Below, in pieces: positions 19,784 through 32,359 of a stretch of 64,000 nucleotides of DNA (the first letter of the stretch is position 1; each line of letters opens with the position of its first letter). Below the pieces are notes generated by a model that worked only from the letters and a program-made list of their open reading frames with translations, searched no databases and was not told the origin of the DNA. The DNA lies in the NCBI GenBank assembly GCA_024687125.1, contig JAILFA010000036.1:37801-101800 (forward strand). Direction: 5' to 3'. The position numbers were made by a program, and so were the translations under genes. Source of the stretch: Lachnospiraceae bacterium. Its GTDB lineage: Bacteria > Bacillota > Clostridia > Lachnospirales > Lachnospiraceae.

Positions 19784-21273
19784 ACCATGCTCCTCTCTTT
19801 TCTGACCGCAAACGCGGAGAGCGCCTCCCTGAGGAATTCCCAGGTGCGGACTGTCGATGCGATATGCAGCTTTTCTCCGGTCGTATGCACCTGTTCAAGA
19901 TCCGGTCCAAAGGAGACGCAGTCGAGATCTTTTCTCTTTTCCTTGAACAGTCCGCACTCCACCCCCGCGTGGATCGCTTTGACGCGGGCCTTTTTCCCGG
20001 TGAGCCGCTCGTAAACAGCGCAGAAATGAGCGCAGATGACAGAATCCGGATCGTATACCCAGCCGGGATACACGCCGTGCACACTGCTCTGAGCGCCAAA
20101 GGTCTCAGCGAGAAGTCTGACTCTGCGGATCAGAAGATCCCGCGCGCTCTCCCGGCTGCTGCGTACCGAGAGATCCAGATGCAGGATCGCATCGTCCCCC
20201 GTCTCAAGCCGCATCACGCCCAGATTCAGCGAGGTCTCCACAAGGCCCGGCAGATCCGCGCTCATCGCCTGGATCCCGGAAGGGAGCGTCACAATGAGCC
20301 CCGCCGCCCGGGCGGTGTCATCACCGGCAAGCGCCGTGACCGTCTCAGGGGTATCACCGATATTGATCACAAGGTGAAAATCCGGATCCTTGCTGCCGAG
20401 CTCAGCGCCGATCTCCTGCTCCGTCTTTTTCAGAACCTCACGGATCCTGTCCGTCTGCTCATCGCCCGCGGGTACGACAAGCTCCATCACGGAGGACGGC
20501 GGGATCGCGTTGTCGGCGGAGCCTCCGGAGAGCGCCTTCAGGGAAAAATCACAGCCCGCGTCCGAAAGAGCCAGCAGAAGCCGTCCCGCGATCAGATTGG
20601 CATTGCCGCGTTCCCTGTCGATCTCCGAACCGGAATGGCCGCCGAGGAGACCCGTGACCTGCACGGTGACCGGTATGCCCCGCACCTCTCCGCACGCCCC
20701 GCGCATCGTGATGTGTACGCGTCCTCCGCCGGCACATCCCGCGAGCAGGATGCCCTCATCCTCGGAGTCGATATTGATCAGATATTTTGCGGCAAGAAGC
20801 TCCGGATCGAGCGAGCGTGCGCCGTCCATCCCGGTCTCCTCGTCCGTTGTGACGAGCAGATAAAGCTCCGGATGTTCAATGGACGGATCCTCCATCAGCG
20901 CGCAGAAAAAGGCAACGGCAATTCCGTCATCCGCACCGAGGCTCGTCCCCTCCGCGCTGATCACATCACCGTCGACCCGCAGCTTCAGCGGATCCACGGC
21001 CGGATCCACAGCCGCGCCCTCGTCACGCACCGCCACCATGTCCATATGCCCCTGCAGGATCAGAGGCTCGATATCCTCCTTTCCCGGCGTCGCCGGGATC
21101 CTGATCCGCACGTTGAGCGCTTCGTCCTGAACGGTCTCATAGCCGCGCTTTCTCGCGAACTCCGTCAGATAGTCGCTGATCGCCCGGACATTGCCCGATC
21201 CGTGCGGGATCTGCGTCAGTTTTTCAAAGTTCCGAAAGACGCTCTGCGGCTGTATGTCATCAAGTACTCCCAT
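19780..21273 (-). CDS. pepD: Aminoacyl-histidine dipeptidase (M20C)
   Basis: QGHMDMV, LGADDG, DEETG, GGHSG, IHAGVECG; ATG at 21273 with a GGAGAG RBS. Confidence 0.9.
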   Translation of the reverse strand: MGVLDDIQPQSVFRNFEKLTQIPHGSGNVRAISDYLTEFARKRGYETVQDEALNVRIRIPATPGKEDIEPLILQGHMDMVAVRDEGAAVDPAVDPLKLRVDGDVISAEGTSLGADDGIAVAFFCALMEDPSIEHPELYLLVTTDEETGMDGARSLDPELLAAKYLINIDSEDEGILLAGCAGGGRVHITMRGACGEVRGIPVTVQVTGLLGGHSGSEIDRERGNANLIAGRLLLALSDAGCDFSLKALSGGSADNAIPPSSVMELVVPAGDEQTDRIREVLKKTEQEIGAELGSKDPDFHLVINIGDTPETVTALAGDDTARAAGLIVTLPSGIQAMSADLPGLVETSLNLGVMRLETGDDAILHLDLSVRSSRESARDLLIRRVRLLAETFGAQSSVHGVYPGWVYDPDSVICAHFCAVYERLTGKKARVKAIHAGVECGLFKEKRKDLDCVSFGPDLEQVHTTGEKLHIASTVRTWEFLREALSAFAVRKERSMV

Positions 21274-21330
21274 GATGCTCTCCTGTTCCTGTCCTGTTTT
21301 CGTGCCTGGGGATTTCCGGAAAAAGCGCGG

Positions 21331-21366
21331 AAAAAAGCCCCGCACACATATTGTAACGGGGCTTTT
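21331..21366 (-). terminator. Terminator after rplT, overlapping a putative pepD promoter
   Basis: AAAAGCCCCG...CGGGGCTTTTTT on the minus strand; TAGACA-17-TACAAT (21378-21350) overlaps it. Confidence 0.7.
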
Positions 21367-21399
21367 GATTCTTGTCTATATTGAGGTTAGTGCGAAATC

Positions 21400-21759
21400 T
21401 TACGCGCTCACTTTTTCCTTTGCAATGTCCGCCAGAGACTTGAAGGCATCCGCATCGTTGACGGCCATGTCCGCCAGCATCTTGCGGTTGATATCGATCT
21501 CCGCGAGCTTGAGGCCATGCATGAGCTTGCTGTAGGAGAGACCGTTGATCCTCGCCGCGGCGTTGATCCTCGCGATCCACAGCGCGCGCATGTCGCGCTT
21601 CTTCTGCTTTCTTCCCGCAAACGCACTGTTGAGTGCGCGCATTACCGACTGCTTTGCGATCCTGTACTGCTTGGATCTTGCTCCGCGATAACCCTTCGCG
21701 AGCTTAAGTACCTTGTTCTTCTTTTTCTTCGCATTAACTGCGCCTTTGATTCTGGCCAT
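21400..21759 (-). CDS. rplT: 50S ribosomal protein L20
   Basis: MARIKG...AKGYRG...[11 protein letters not shown]...INRKMLAD. Confidence 0.98.
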   Translation of the reverse strand: MARIKGAVNAKKKKNKVLKLAKGYRGARSKQYRIAKQSVMRALNSAFAGRKQKKRDMRALWIARINAAARINGLSYSKLMHGLKLAEIDINRKMLADMAVNDADAFKSLADIAKEKVSA

Positions 21760-21797
21760 ATCACACCTCCGATTCGATCAGTTACGTATCCTTTGCC

Positions 21798-21998
21798 TCA
21801 GATATAGGGCAGGATCTTCTTCATGTTCTTCATGTTCGTCTCATCAACGACTGCGTCCTGACGCATGTTCCTCTTGCGCTTTGTGGACTTCTTGGTCAGG
21901 ATATGGCGCTTATAGGCCTTGTTACGCATCAGTTTGCCGGTCCCCGTCACCTTGAACCTCTTGGCTGCGGCTCTGCTCGTCTTCATTTTTTTCTGCAT
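21798..21998 (-). CDS. rpmI: 50S ribosomal protein L35
   Basis: [19 protein letters not shown]...HILTKK; AAAGGAGG RBS. Confidence 0.97.
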   Translation of the reverse strand: MQKKMKTSRAAAKRFKVTGTGKLMRNKAYKRHILTKKSTKRKRNMRQDAVVDETNMKNMKKILPYI

Positions 21999-22536
21999 GG
22001 GTTTTCCCTCCTTTGTATGCTGCGGCGTTGAACGCCATGATCATATTCATAAAACGGCCTTCCGTACGCGGCTCTTTCTCCATGACTGCCACGTCCTTAA
22101 GCTGTTCCGCGATATCCGTCAGGATATGTACACTGGCGCCCATGTGCGCCATCTCACGCCCGCGGAAACGGATCGTGAACTTTACCCGGTTCCCCTTGAT
22201 GAGGAATTTTCTGGCCGCGTTGATCTTGGTGTTCAGATCGTTGGTATCGATGTTCGGAGACATCCGGATTTCCTTGACATCCACGATCTTCTGCTTTTTC
22301 TTGGCCTCCTTGGCCTTGCGCAGCTGATCGTATTTGTACTTGCCGTAATCTACGATCCTGCACACCGGCGGATTGGCTGTCGGAGCGATCTTGACAAGGT
22401 CAAGCTCCGCTTCCTGCGCGAGCTTTAACGCCTCGCTCGTCGGCATGACGCCGAGCTGTTCACCGTCCTCGCCGATCACCCGGACTTCGCGGTCTCTGAT
22501 CTGTTCGTTGATAAAAAGGTCGTTGTTGTTATTGAT
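21922..22536 (-). CDS. infC: Translation initiation factor IF-3 (non-canonical ATC start; C-terminus reads into rpmI)
   Basis: [35 protein letters not shown]; GGGAGG RBS 8 nt before ATC at 22536. Confidence 0.93.
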   Translation of the reverse strand: MNNNNDLFINEQIRDREVRVIGEDGEQLGVMPTSEALKLAQEAELDLVKIAPTANPPVCRIVDYGKYKYDQLRKAKEAKKKQKIVDVKEIRMSPNIDTNDLNTKINAARKFLIKGNRVKFTIRFRGREMAHMGASVHILTDIAEQLKDVAVMEKEPRTEGRFMNMIMAFNAAAYKGGKTHAEKNEDEQSRSQEVQGDGDRQTDA

Positions 22537-22581
22537 GGCTGTTTCCTCCCTGTTGGCCCGCTGCGGGCATCCCGGTACCAC

Positions 22582-22715
22582 AAAAAAACGATCTGCTCAG
22601 CAAGGCAGACCGTCCATCGTGCGTTCCCTTTCGAAGCGCCGCGCGCTCCCGGGATACGTCCTATGAACACCTGAAGCCTGCGGCCGCAGGGTGAGAGCCA
22701 TGCTCTGCTTGCTGA
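22582..22715 (-). ncRNA. Ribosomal protein L20 leader (attenuator)
   Basis: Lies upstream of infC-rpmI-rplT; 5' AAGCAGAGCATGGCTCTCACCCTG resembles Firmicute L20 leaders; ends in a terminator ACGGTCTGC...GCAGATCGTTTTTTT. Confidence 0.8.
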
Positions 22716-22723
22716 ACAAAAAG

Positions 22724-22752
22724 AGTTTAACTGCTGCGGTCCCTCTTGTCAA
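22724..22752 (-). promoter_or_regulatory. Sigma-A promoter of the infC operon
   Basis: TTGACA-17 nt-TAAACT. Confidence 0.8.
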
Positions 22753-22778
22753 GGGATTTTTTCCAAAGTTCCGGCAGC

Positions 22779-24173
22779 TCAGCCGATCTCCCGAACGGCC
22801 TCCATTGCTTCCTGCAGGTTCTTCACCCCGTGGATCCTGACATTACCTGCATTTTTGATCCGTCCGGCCTGCGCCGCGGGCAGGATGCAGTCGGTAAAAC
22901 CCAGACGCCCCGCTTCCGCCACGCGCAGATCGCAGAGACTCACAGCGCGCACTTCTCCTGAGAGGCCGACCTCTCCGAAAGCCGCCAGCGCCTGCGGCAT
23001 TGCCTGGTTCCGAAAGCTGGAAGCGACCGCGAGGCAGATGCCGAGATCGAGTGCCGGCTCCTGCAGACGGACACCGCCGGCAAGGTTTACATACGCATCG
23101 CAGTCTGAAAGCGTGAGGCCCACCCGTTTTTCAAGAACCGCAAGCAGAAGATTTACGCGGTTGAGATCCGCACCGGTCGCCTGACGCCTCGGAAATCCGA
23201 AGCTTGTGCGCGCGACGAGTGCCTGTACCTCCATCAGGATCGGACGAGTCCCCTCGATCGCGCAGGTGACGACCGAACCGCTCGCACCCGCCGGCCGTCC
23301 CTCGAGCATGAACTGCGACGGGTTCTCGACCTCGGAAAGTCCCTGCTCCCCCATCTCGAACACACCGATCTCATTGGTGGAGCCGAAACGGTTCTTGACC
23401 GCTCTGAGGATCCGGTACGAGGCGTGCCGGTCGCCCTCGAAATAGAGTACGGTATCGACCATGTGCTCGAGCACGCGGGGGCCTGCGACGGTCCCTTCCT
23501 TGGTCACGTGCCCGACGATGAACACGGAGATTCCTTCGCTCTTGGCAATCTTAAGCAGGAGCGCCGTCGCCTCGCGCACCTGGGAGACACTCCCCGGAGC
23601 CGCACTCACTTCGCTGCTCGCCATGGTCTGGATCGAATCGATGATCAGGACCGACGGTTTTTCGGCTTCGATGACTGTCAGGATCGTATCCAGATCTGTT
23701 TCACACAGGAATTTCAGATCGTCCGTAAAGGAGCCGATGCGCTCAGCGCGCAGTTTGATCTGGGAGAGGGATTCCTCTCCGGAAACATAGAGGATCTTCA
23801 GCCCGGCGGCCCCCATATGACGTGCCACCTGCAGCAGGAGTGTGGATTTTCCGATCCCGGGATCGCCGCCGATCAGCGTCAGCGCGCCCCTGACCAGGCC
23901 GGAGCCCAGTACGCGGTTGAATTCGCCGATCCCGGTGTCGTAGCGAACGCCCTCGTCCGCCGCGATCTCCCCCAGGGTACTGGCGTGCGCCGCCCCCGGT
24001 CGGGCTGCCTGACCCGGCGCGTGTCCACGGCCGGAACTTTTGGGCAGAGCCCTGACAGGCTCCTCCACCATGGTGTTCCAGGCGCGGCATCCGGGACACT
24101 GTCCCATCCACTTGGCGGATTCATAGCCGCAGCTCTGGCAGAAGTATACGCTTTTCACAGATTTTGCAGCCAC
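22779..24173 (-). CDS. radA: DNA repair protein RadA/Sms
   Basis: CxxC...CxxC zinc finger, GGDPGIGKS, KNRFG. Confidence 0.97.
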   Translation of the reverse strand: MAAKSVKSVYFCQSCGYESAKWMGQCPGCRAWNTMVEEPVRALPKSSGRGHAPGQAARPGAAHASTLGEIAADEGVRYDTGIGEFNRVLGSGLVRGALTLIGGDPGIGKSTLLLQVARHMGAAGLKILYVSGEESLSQIKLRAERIGSFTDDLKFLCETDLDTILTVIEAEKPSVLIIDSIQTMASSEVSAAPGSVSQVREATALLLKIAKSEGISVFIVGHVTKEGTVAGPRVLEHMVDTVLYFEGDRHASYRILRAVKNRFGSTNEIGVFEMGEQGLSEVENPSQFMLEGRPAGASGSVVTCAIEGTRPILMEVQALVARTSFGFPRRQATGADLNRVNLLLAVLEKRVGLTLSDCDAYVNLAGGVRLQEPALDLGICLAVASSFRNQAMPQALAAFGEVGLSGEVRAVSLCDLRVAEAGRLGFTDCILPAAQAGRIKNAGNVRIHGVKNLQEAMEAVREIG

Positions 24174-24193
24174 GGATCCGCGCTCTTAAGAGT

Positions 24194-24601
24194 TTATTCG
24201 ATGACCTTGACGCGCTTTTCCCCTTCCGTGAGGGCGAGGGAAAGCGAGAGCTTGCCGCTGATACCGGTCGACATCGCTCCGACCTCGGCATCGTTGACAA
24301 AGATGCGATAGGTGGTGTTTTCTTTCAGGCCCAGTGTCACCTGCGCGTCTGCGACTCCCTCGGCTGTGAAGTTAACGCCGCCCGGGAGCGTCTCGAAATG
24401 GGAGACAGCCGTCCCCGGTACCGACTCGTAGACAAACGCGTCGTTCCTTTCGAGCTTGGTGATCTCGCGAAAAGTCTTTACCTTGTAGACGTTACCGCCC
24501 AGGGAAAAGTTTTCTACTTTCTTCTTTTCGCCGAGAGTATAGTCCCCGAAACTGACCGTCCCGTCGGACTCCGCACGCAACAGTTCTGTGATCGCCGCCA
24601 T
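24194..24601 (-). CDS. Conserved hypothetical protein (~135 aa)
   Basis: ORF with AAAGGGG RBS before the ATG at 24601; typical codon usage; upstream TG-n-TATAAT. Confidence 0.75.
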   Translation of the reverse strand: MAAITELLRAESDGTVSFGDYTLGEKKKVENFSLGGNVYKVKTFREITKLERNDAFVYESVPGTAVSHFETLPGGVNFTAEGVADAQVTLGLKENTTYRIFVNDAEVGAMSTGISGKLSLSLALTEGEKRVKVIE

Positions 24602-24677
24602 CTTTTTCCCCTTTCGTTGTGAAGATGATCGTGACTGTGAACCTACAGGTTCCATTATACCATGAAAAAGTTCAGCG

Positions 24678-27236
<2,559 letters not shown>

Positions 27237-27239
27237 GGG

Positions 27240-27620
27240 TTATCCGTTCCTTTCCGCGTACTGGTCATAGATCTTATCCACAAGCTCATGCACCTCGTCC
27301 CTGGTCACGCCGCGGCAGTGTGTCCGCGCGAACACGACCCGGAGGATGTCTTCCGCCTCCCTGAGCGCCCGCAGCTTGTCGATATCCACAGCGATCACCG
27401 CGCCCCGTCTGCGGTCGATCCTGACAAAGCCCTCCTGCTGCAGCACAGCATAGGCCTTGTTGACCGTGTGCATATTGATGCCGATCATATCGGCAAGCTG
27501 CCGCACGCTGGGAAGCGCATCGCCGTCCCGGAACTCCTCGGTGGCGATCCCGACGATGATCTGATCCACAAGCTGGGAATAGATCGCTTCATCGCTGTTG
27601 AAGTTGATCTCGATGAGCAT
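27240..27620 (-). CDS. GntR (YtrA-like) transcriptional regulator
   Basis: LPSVRQLA...INMHTVNKAY HTH with a short C-terminus; AAGGAGG RBS. Confidence 0.9.
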   Translation of the reverse strand: MLIEINFNSDEAIYSQLVDQIIVGIATEEFRDGDALPSVRQLADMIGINMHTVNKAYAVLQQEGFVRIDRRRGAVIAVDIDKLRALREAEDILRVVFARTHCRGVTRDEVHELVDKIYDQYAERNG

Positions 27621-27642
27621 AGTCCGCCTCCTTTCCGGCCTT

Positions 27643-27681
27643 GTGACACCAATTCTATAACAGGTGATCCAGTGTTGTCAA
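27643..27681 (-). promoter_or_regulatory. Promoter of gntR-clpC with possible GntR operator
   Basis: TTGACA-18-TAGAAT overlapped by the imperfect palindrome TGTTATA-N7-TGTCACA. Confidence 0.55.
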
Positions 27682-27703
27682 ACCGCTGCCGGTGAAAAAG
27701 CAT

Positions 27704-27735
27704 AAAAAAGAGACCCGCGGATGCAGGTCTCTTTT
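27704..27735 (-). terminator. Intrinsic terminator after the SH3 gene
   Basis: AAAAGAGACC...GGTCTCTTTT stem with a T-run on the minus strand. Confidence 0.75.
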
Positions 27736-27758
27736 GTGATCTTTTGCAGTGATGACGC

Positions 27759-28754
27759 TTATTCGTCGTCGAGGTTCAGGAATTCGTATTCCAGATCGTC
27801 ATCCTCACGCATGACATTGCGTGCGCGGCGGGTCTGCTCGCTCTCGCGCGGTCTGGCCGCCTGCGGATTTCTCGGGTCCGGACGGGCCGCGGTTCTCGCT
27901 CCGCGAACCGGTTCCTCGCCGCGTCCGGATCTCGCGGACGCTCTGGACGGACGCTGCGGAGGGATATCATCCTCCTCTTCCTCCTCGTCCTCGTCACGTC
28001 TCCTGCGGATAAAGGAGGATCCTCCTCTGCGGGGTTCGGGCTCCTCTTCTTCCTCTTCCTCTTCGTAGTACATATAGTCCTTGAGGCGCAGGATCAGGAT
28101 GACCACAACAACGATCAGCACGACGACCAGGATCCCCAGTACGATCAGAGCGGTCCGCATCGTCTTGTTGCCCTTTTCAAGCTTGCCGATATTGCCGACA
28201 TCCTCGGCTGCCTTCATCAGATCCTCGATCTTGACGCGGTTGAGCGCCTCATTGTCATGCAGATACCAGAACGGAACGCCGTCCGCGTCATTTTCGTATA
28301 CGGCTACATATTTATCCGTCGCCTTGGGGGTATTGTCAGCCTCGGGCTCCTCCGCAACCGGTTCCTCGGGTTCTTCGACCTCGGCAGGCTCGATCTCGGC
28401 GGGCTCCTCCTGGATCACCTCACCCAGCGTCAGGAAATCGTTGCGTACGAATGCCGTGCTGCCGTCAGACAGCGTCACCTGATACCAGACCTTGCCGTCC
28501 CCGTCCGTTGCCTGTCCGGTGACAGTTACCTCGGTGCCTCCGGCGAGCGATGTCACTTTGTCGTAATTTGTCCCCGCGCCGCTGCGAAGATTGACGGTGT
28601 CGCCCTTGATCGTGGCTCTCGTCTGTTCCATCGCGGTGACCTCGGCAGCATATACCGTCACGCTGGCCGCATCGACATATGCGACAGCCACAAACGCCGC
28701 GAGAATGAACGCAATCAGATGTCCACGGAGACTGTTCTTACGCATTCTGTTCAT
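27759..28754 (-). CDS. Single-pass membrane protein with extracellular SH3b domain and charged cytoplasmic tail
   Basis: Signal peptide; VNLRSGAGT...WYQV SH3b; TM LIVLGILVVVLIVVVVILIL; E/R-rich tail. Confidence 0.85.
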   Translation of the reverse strand: MNRMRKNSLRGHLIAFILAAFVAVAYVDAASVTVYAAEVTAMEQTRATIKGDTVNLRSGAGTNYDKVTSLAGGTEVTVTGQATDGDGKVWYQVTLSDGSTAFVRNDFLTLGEVIQEEPAEIEPAEVEEPEEPVAEEPEADNTPKATDKYVAVYENDADGVPFWYLHDNEALNRVKIEDLMKAAEDVGNIGKLEKGNKTMRTALIVLGILVVVLIVVVVILILRLKDYMYYEEEEEEEEPEPRRGGSSFIRRRRDEDEEEEEDDIPPQRPSRASARSGRGEEPVRGARTAARPDPRNPQAARPRESEQTRRARNVMREDDDLEYEFLNLDDE

Positions 28755-28840
28755 TTCCTCTCCTCTCCTTTACAAAACAATTGCAATATATCATACCCGA
28801 AATTCACGATTTACGCAAGTCTGAATGAGACCGTGCGATC

Positions 28841-30118
28841 TTATGCTTCGTCGATCGCCCTGCCGATATCGTGCCGCATCATCATGCCGTCAAAAGACAC
28901 GAGCTTTGTCGCTTCATACGCCGCGGCTCTCGCCTCTTTGAGTGTCGCGCCCAGCGCCGTGACACCGAGAACACGGCCGCCGTTGGTGACGACCCTGCCG
29001 CTCTCGTCCTTTTTCGTGCCCGCATGGAAACAGAAGATGTCATTTTTCCCTTCAAACGCGGAGAGTCCCTCGATGACCCTGCCCTTCTCATAGTGCTCCG
29101 GATATCCCCCGCTGGCCAGTACGACACATACCGCGGCGTTGTCCGCAAACTGCAGGGGCAGCCTGTCGAGCGTGCCGTCGATACAGGCGTTCATCACATC
29201 CACCAGGTCGGTCTCAAGGCGCGGCAGCACCACCTGTGCTTCCGGATCGCCGAATCTGGCGTTGTACTCCAGTACACGGGGGCCCTTGTCCGTCAGCATC
29301 AGACCGAAAAAGATCACGCCCTTGAACTCGCGACCCTCGGAACGCATCGCGTCCACGGTCGGCTGGAAGATGTTCTTCTGACAGAATTCATCCACCTCTT
29401 TGGTGTAGAACGGGCTCGGGGAAAAGGTTCCCATACCGCCGGTGTTGAGGCCTCTGTCGCCGTCCAGTGCCCGCTTGTGATCCTGCGCGCTTGTCATCGT
29501 GCGGATGGTCCTGCCGTCCACAAAGGACAGCACCGACACCTCCCGTCCCCTTAAGAACTCCTCAACGACAAGTCGGTTGCCCGCGTCGCCGAATTTCTTT
29601 TCCTCCATGATCTGGGAGATTCCCGCGAGCGCCTGCTCACGGTTCTCACAGATGAGAACACCCTTGCCGAGCGCCAGTCCGTCGGCCTTGAGCACGACCG
29701 GATACTCCGTAAGACCAGCGATATACTCCCTGGCCGCTTCCGCGCTGTCAAAGGTCTCATAGCCGGCGGTCGGGATCGAATACTTTTTCATCAGTTCCTT
29801 GGAAAAAGCCTTGCTGCCCTCAAGGATCGCCGCGTTCTTTCTGGGGCCGAAGACCCGGATGCCCGCCTCCTCAAACTTATCCACGATACCGCCAACAAGA
29901 GGGTCATCCATCCCGACGACGGTCAGATCGATCTCTTTTTCCTTTGCGAAGGAAACCAGCGCGTCAAACTCCATCGGGCCGATCGGAACGCATTCTGCGA
30001 TCTCCGATATCCCGGCGTTGCCGGGGGCACAGTAAAGCTTTTCGACCTTGCTGCTCTTTTTCAGGCTCGCCGCTATGGCATGCTCGCGGCCGCCGCCGCC
30101 AACGATCAGTACTTTCAT
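28841..30118 (-). CDS. purD: Phosphoribosylamine-glycine ligase
   Basis: GGGGREHA, KADGLALGKGV, NTGGMG, EYNARFGDPE. Confidence 0.97.
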   Translation of the reverse strand: MKVLIVGGGGREHAIAASLKKSSKVEKLYCAPGNAGISEIAECVPIGPMEFDALVSFAKEKEIDLTVVGMDDPLVGGIVDKFEEAGIRVFGPRKNAAILEGSKAFSKELMKKYSIPTAGYETFDSAEAAREYIAGLTEYPVVLKADGLALGKGVLICENREQALAGISQIMEEKKFGDAGNRLVVEEFLRGREVSVLSFVDGRTIRTMTSAQDHKRALDGDRGLNTGGMGTFSPSPFYTKEVDEFCQKNIFQPTVDAMRSEGREFKGVIFFGLMLTDKGPRVLEYNARFGDPEAQVVLPRLETDLVDVMNACIDGTLDRLPLQFADNAAVCVVLASGGYPEHYEKGRVIEGLSAFEGKNDIFCFHAGTKKDESGRVVTNGGRVLGVTALGATLKEARAAAYEATKLVSFDGMMMRHDIGRAIDEA

Positions 30119-30121
30119 CTC

Positions 30122-30757
30122 TTATTCTCCGTTTCCGAGGATCAGCGCCCTGCCGTCCCTGATCTGCACCCTGCCCTGCGCGATCAGACCGATCGCCTTC
30201 GGCAGGATGATCCACTCCGCCTGTTCCATAACCCTTTTCTGCAGGATCTCGGGAGTATCGTCCTGCTGAACCTCCACTGCCTTCTGCAGCAGGATCGGTC
30301 CGGTATCGACGCCCTCGTCGACAAAGTGCACCGTCGCCCCCGTGACACGCACGCCCCTTTTGAGTACCCCTTCATGCACATGCAGGCCGTAGTAACCCTT
30401 GCCGCAGAACGAAGGGATCAGAGAAGGATGGATATTGATGATGCGGCCCGAAAACGCCCGGATCACCTCCGGCGGGATCGTGGCCAGAAATCCTGCCAGG
30501 ACTACCAGATCCGGCGCGACCTCATCAAGGGCATCTGCCAGTGCCCTGTGAAAGAGTTCGCGGTCGGCAAAATCCCTGGCCGAGACCACCCGGGAGGGAA
30601 TCCCCGCCCTTTCCGCGCGCTCCAGCGCACCGGCGCCGTGATTGTTTGAGATAACGCATGTTATTTTAACATCCGGAAGACTGCCCTCCCGGATCCGGTC
30701 GATGATCGCCTGCAGATTGGTCCCGCCGCCGGAGACCAGGACCGCGATATTCAGCAT
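30122..30757 (-). CDS. purN: Phosphoribosylglycinamide formyltransferase
   Basis: SGGGTNLQA, INIHPSL, GATVHFV. Confidence 0.96.
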   Translation of the reverse strand: MLNIAVLVSGGGTNLQAIIDRIREGSLPDVKITCVISNNHGAGALERAERAGIPSRVVSARDFADRELFHRALADALDEVAPDLVVLAGFLATIPPEVIRAFSGRIINIHPSLIPSFCGKGYYGLHVHEGVLKRGVRVTGATVHFVDEGVDTGPILLQKAVEVQQDDTPEILQKRVMEQAEWIILPKAIGLIAQGRVQIRDGRALILGNGE

Positions 30758-31794
30758 AGGACCACTCCCTTTTCTCCCGCTTCCACACTGCCGAGCCGGA
30801 CACCGTCTTCACCGGAGGCTCTGACAGCGGCCAGTACCGCGTCCGCATCCGCCGGATCCACGGCGAGGACCATGCCGATGCCCATGTTGTAGGTATTGTA
30901 CATGACATGCTCATCCACGCTGCCCGCTTCGGCGATCATCTTAAAGATCTCAGGAACGGCATAACTGCTCCTGTCGACCCTGGCACAGCAGCCGTCAGGC
31001 AGCATGCGCGGAATGTTCTCGTAGAAGCCGCCGCCGGTGATATGGCTCACGCCCTTGACGCGGATCCCCGCATCTCTGACCGCCTTCAGCATCTTCACAT
31101 AGATCTTTGTCGGGGTGAGGAGCACCTCGCCGAGCGTCCTGCCGCCCAGCCTCTCCTCTTTTGTTTCAAGGCGCTCCCTGGTCATCGGGAAAACATTGCG
31201 GATCAGAGAAAATCCGTTGGAGTGCACCCCGCTGGAAAAAACGCCGATCAGGGCATCGCCCGGCCGGATGCCTGAGCCGTCGATCAGATCCTTTTTCTCA
31301 CAGACACCGACGGAAAAGCCCGCCAGATCATACTCGTCTTCGGGCATCATGCCCGGATGCTCCGCGGTCTCTCCGCCGACCAGCGCACATCCCGCCTGCC
31401 GGCAGCCCTCGGCCACACCGGCAACGATCGCCTCGATCTTTGCGGGGAAATTCCTGCCGCAGGCGATATAATCCAGGAAGAACAGCGGCTCGCCGCCTGC
31501 GCAGACCACATCGTTGACGCACATGGCCACGCAGTCGATCCCGACCGTATCATGTCTGTCCATCAGGAAAGCCAGCTGAAGCTTGGTCCCCACACCGTCT
31601 GTTCCGGAGAGCAGTACGGGATCATCATAGTCTTTGATCGCCGCCAGAGAAAAGGCTCCGGAAAATCCGCCGATCCCGCCGAGCACTTCGGGGCGCATCG
31701 TGCTCGCCACATGGCTTTTGATGCGTTCCACGGACTCATATCCCGCCTCAATATCCACACCGGCCTTTTTGTAATCCATGCTCATAGAGTTCAT
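30751..31794 (-). CDS. purM: AIR synthase
   Basis: YKKAGVDI, TDGVGTK, GGETAEHPG, SGVHSNGFS, HITGGG. Confidence 0.97.
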   Translation of the reverse strand: MNSMSMDYKKAGVDIEAGYESVERIKSHVASTMRPEVLGGIGGFSGAFSLAAIKDYDDPVLLSGTDGVGTKLQLAFLMDRHDTVGIDCVAMCVNDVVCAGGEPLFFLDYIACGRNFPAKIEAIVAGVAEGCRQAGCALVGGETAEHPGMMPEDEYDLAGFSVGVCEKKDLIDGSGIRPGDALIGVFSSGVHSNGFSLIRNVFPMTRERLETKEERLGGRTLGEVLLTPTKIYVKMLKAVRDAGIRVKGVSHITGGGFYENIPRMLPDGCCARVDRSSYAVPEIFKMIAEAGSVDEHVMYNTYNMGIGMVLAVDPADADAVLAAVRASGEDGVRLGSVEAGEKGVVLC

Positions 31795-32300
31795 CCTTTC
31801 ATGTAACCGTCATAACCGGTTCCCTGAAGCCGTGCGTCCTTGAGTTCGACCTGCTCGCGGATCTCTCTGCTGTGCGCTCTGAGGCGCTCGAGGATCTCCG
31901 GATCCGAAGTCGCGAGGATCCTGGCCGCCAGAAGGCCCGCGTTTTCCCCGCCGTCGATCGCTACGGTCGCGACCGGGACACCGCTCGGCATCTGTACGAT
32001 CGAATAAAGGGAATCCCGTCCGCCGAGGGCTGTCGTTTTCATCGGCACACCGATAACCGGCAGCGGAAAGATTGCCGCGCACATGCCCGGCAGATGCGCC
32101 GCCATACCGGCACCCGCGATGATCACCTTGTAGCCCGTCTGCTCGGCGTTCTTAGCATACGCAAAAAACGCGTCCGGCTCGCGGTGCGCGGAAATGATAT
32201 GCATGTCGTAACTGATCTGCATTTTGTCGAGGATCTTCGCGGCTTTCGCCATGACCGGCATATCCGAGTCAGATCCCATAATGATCCCTACCTGTGGCAT
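31791..32300 (-). CDS. purE: N5-CAIR mutase
   Basis: MGSDSD, SAHR, AGMAAHLPG, VQMPSGVPVATV. Confidence 0.96.
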   Translation of the reverse strand: MPQVGIIMGSDSDMPVMAKAAKILDKMQISYDMHIISAHREPDAFFAYAKNAEQTGYKVIIAGAGMAAHLPGMCAAIFPLPVIGVPMKTTALGGRDSLYSIVQMPSGVPVATVAIDGGENAGLLAARILATSDPEILERLRAHSREIREQVELKDARLQGTGYDGYMKG

Positions 32301-32359
32301 AGCACTCCTTTCTTTAAGTAAAAATAATATAATATCTAGTGATATGATTCAAGTATAAA

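Noticed and set aside
31791-32300. purE without adjacent purK/purC/purL as a pathway gap
   Set aside because: The genes may lie outside the window, and purK absence is common in anaerobes.
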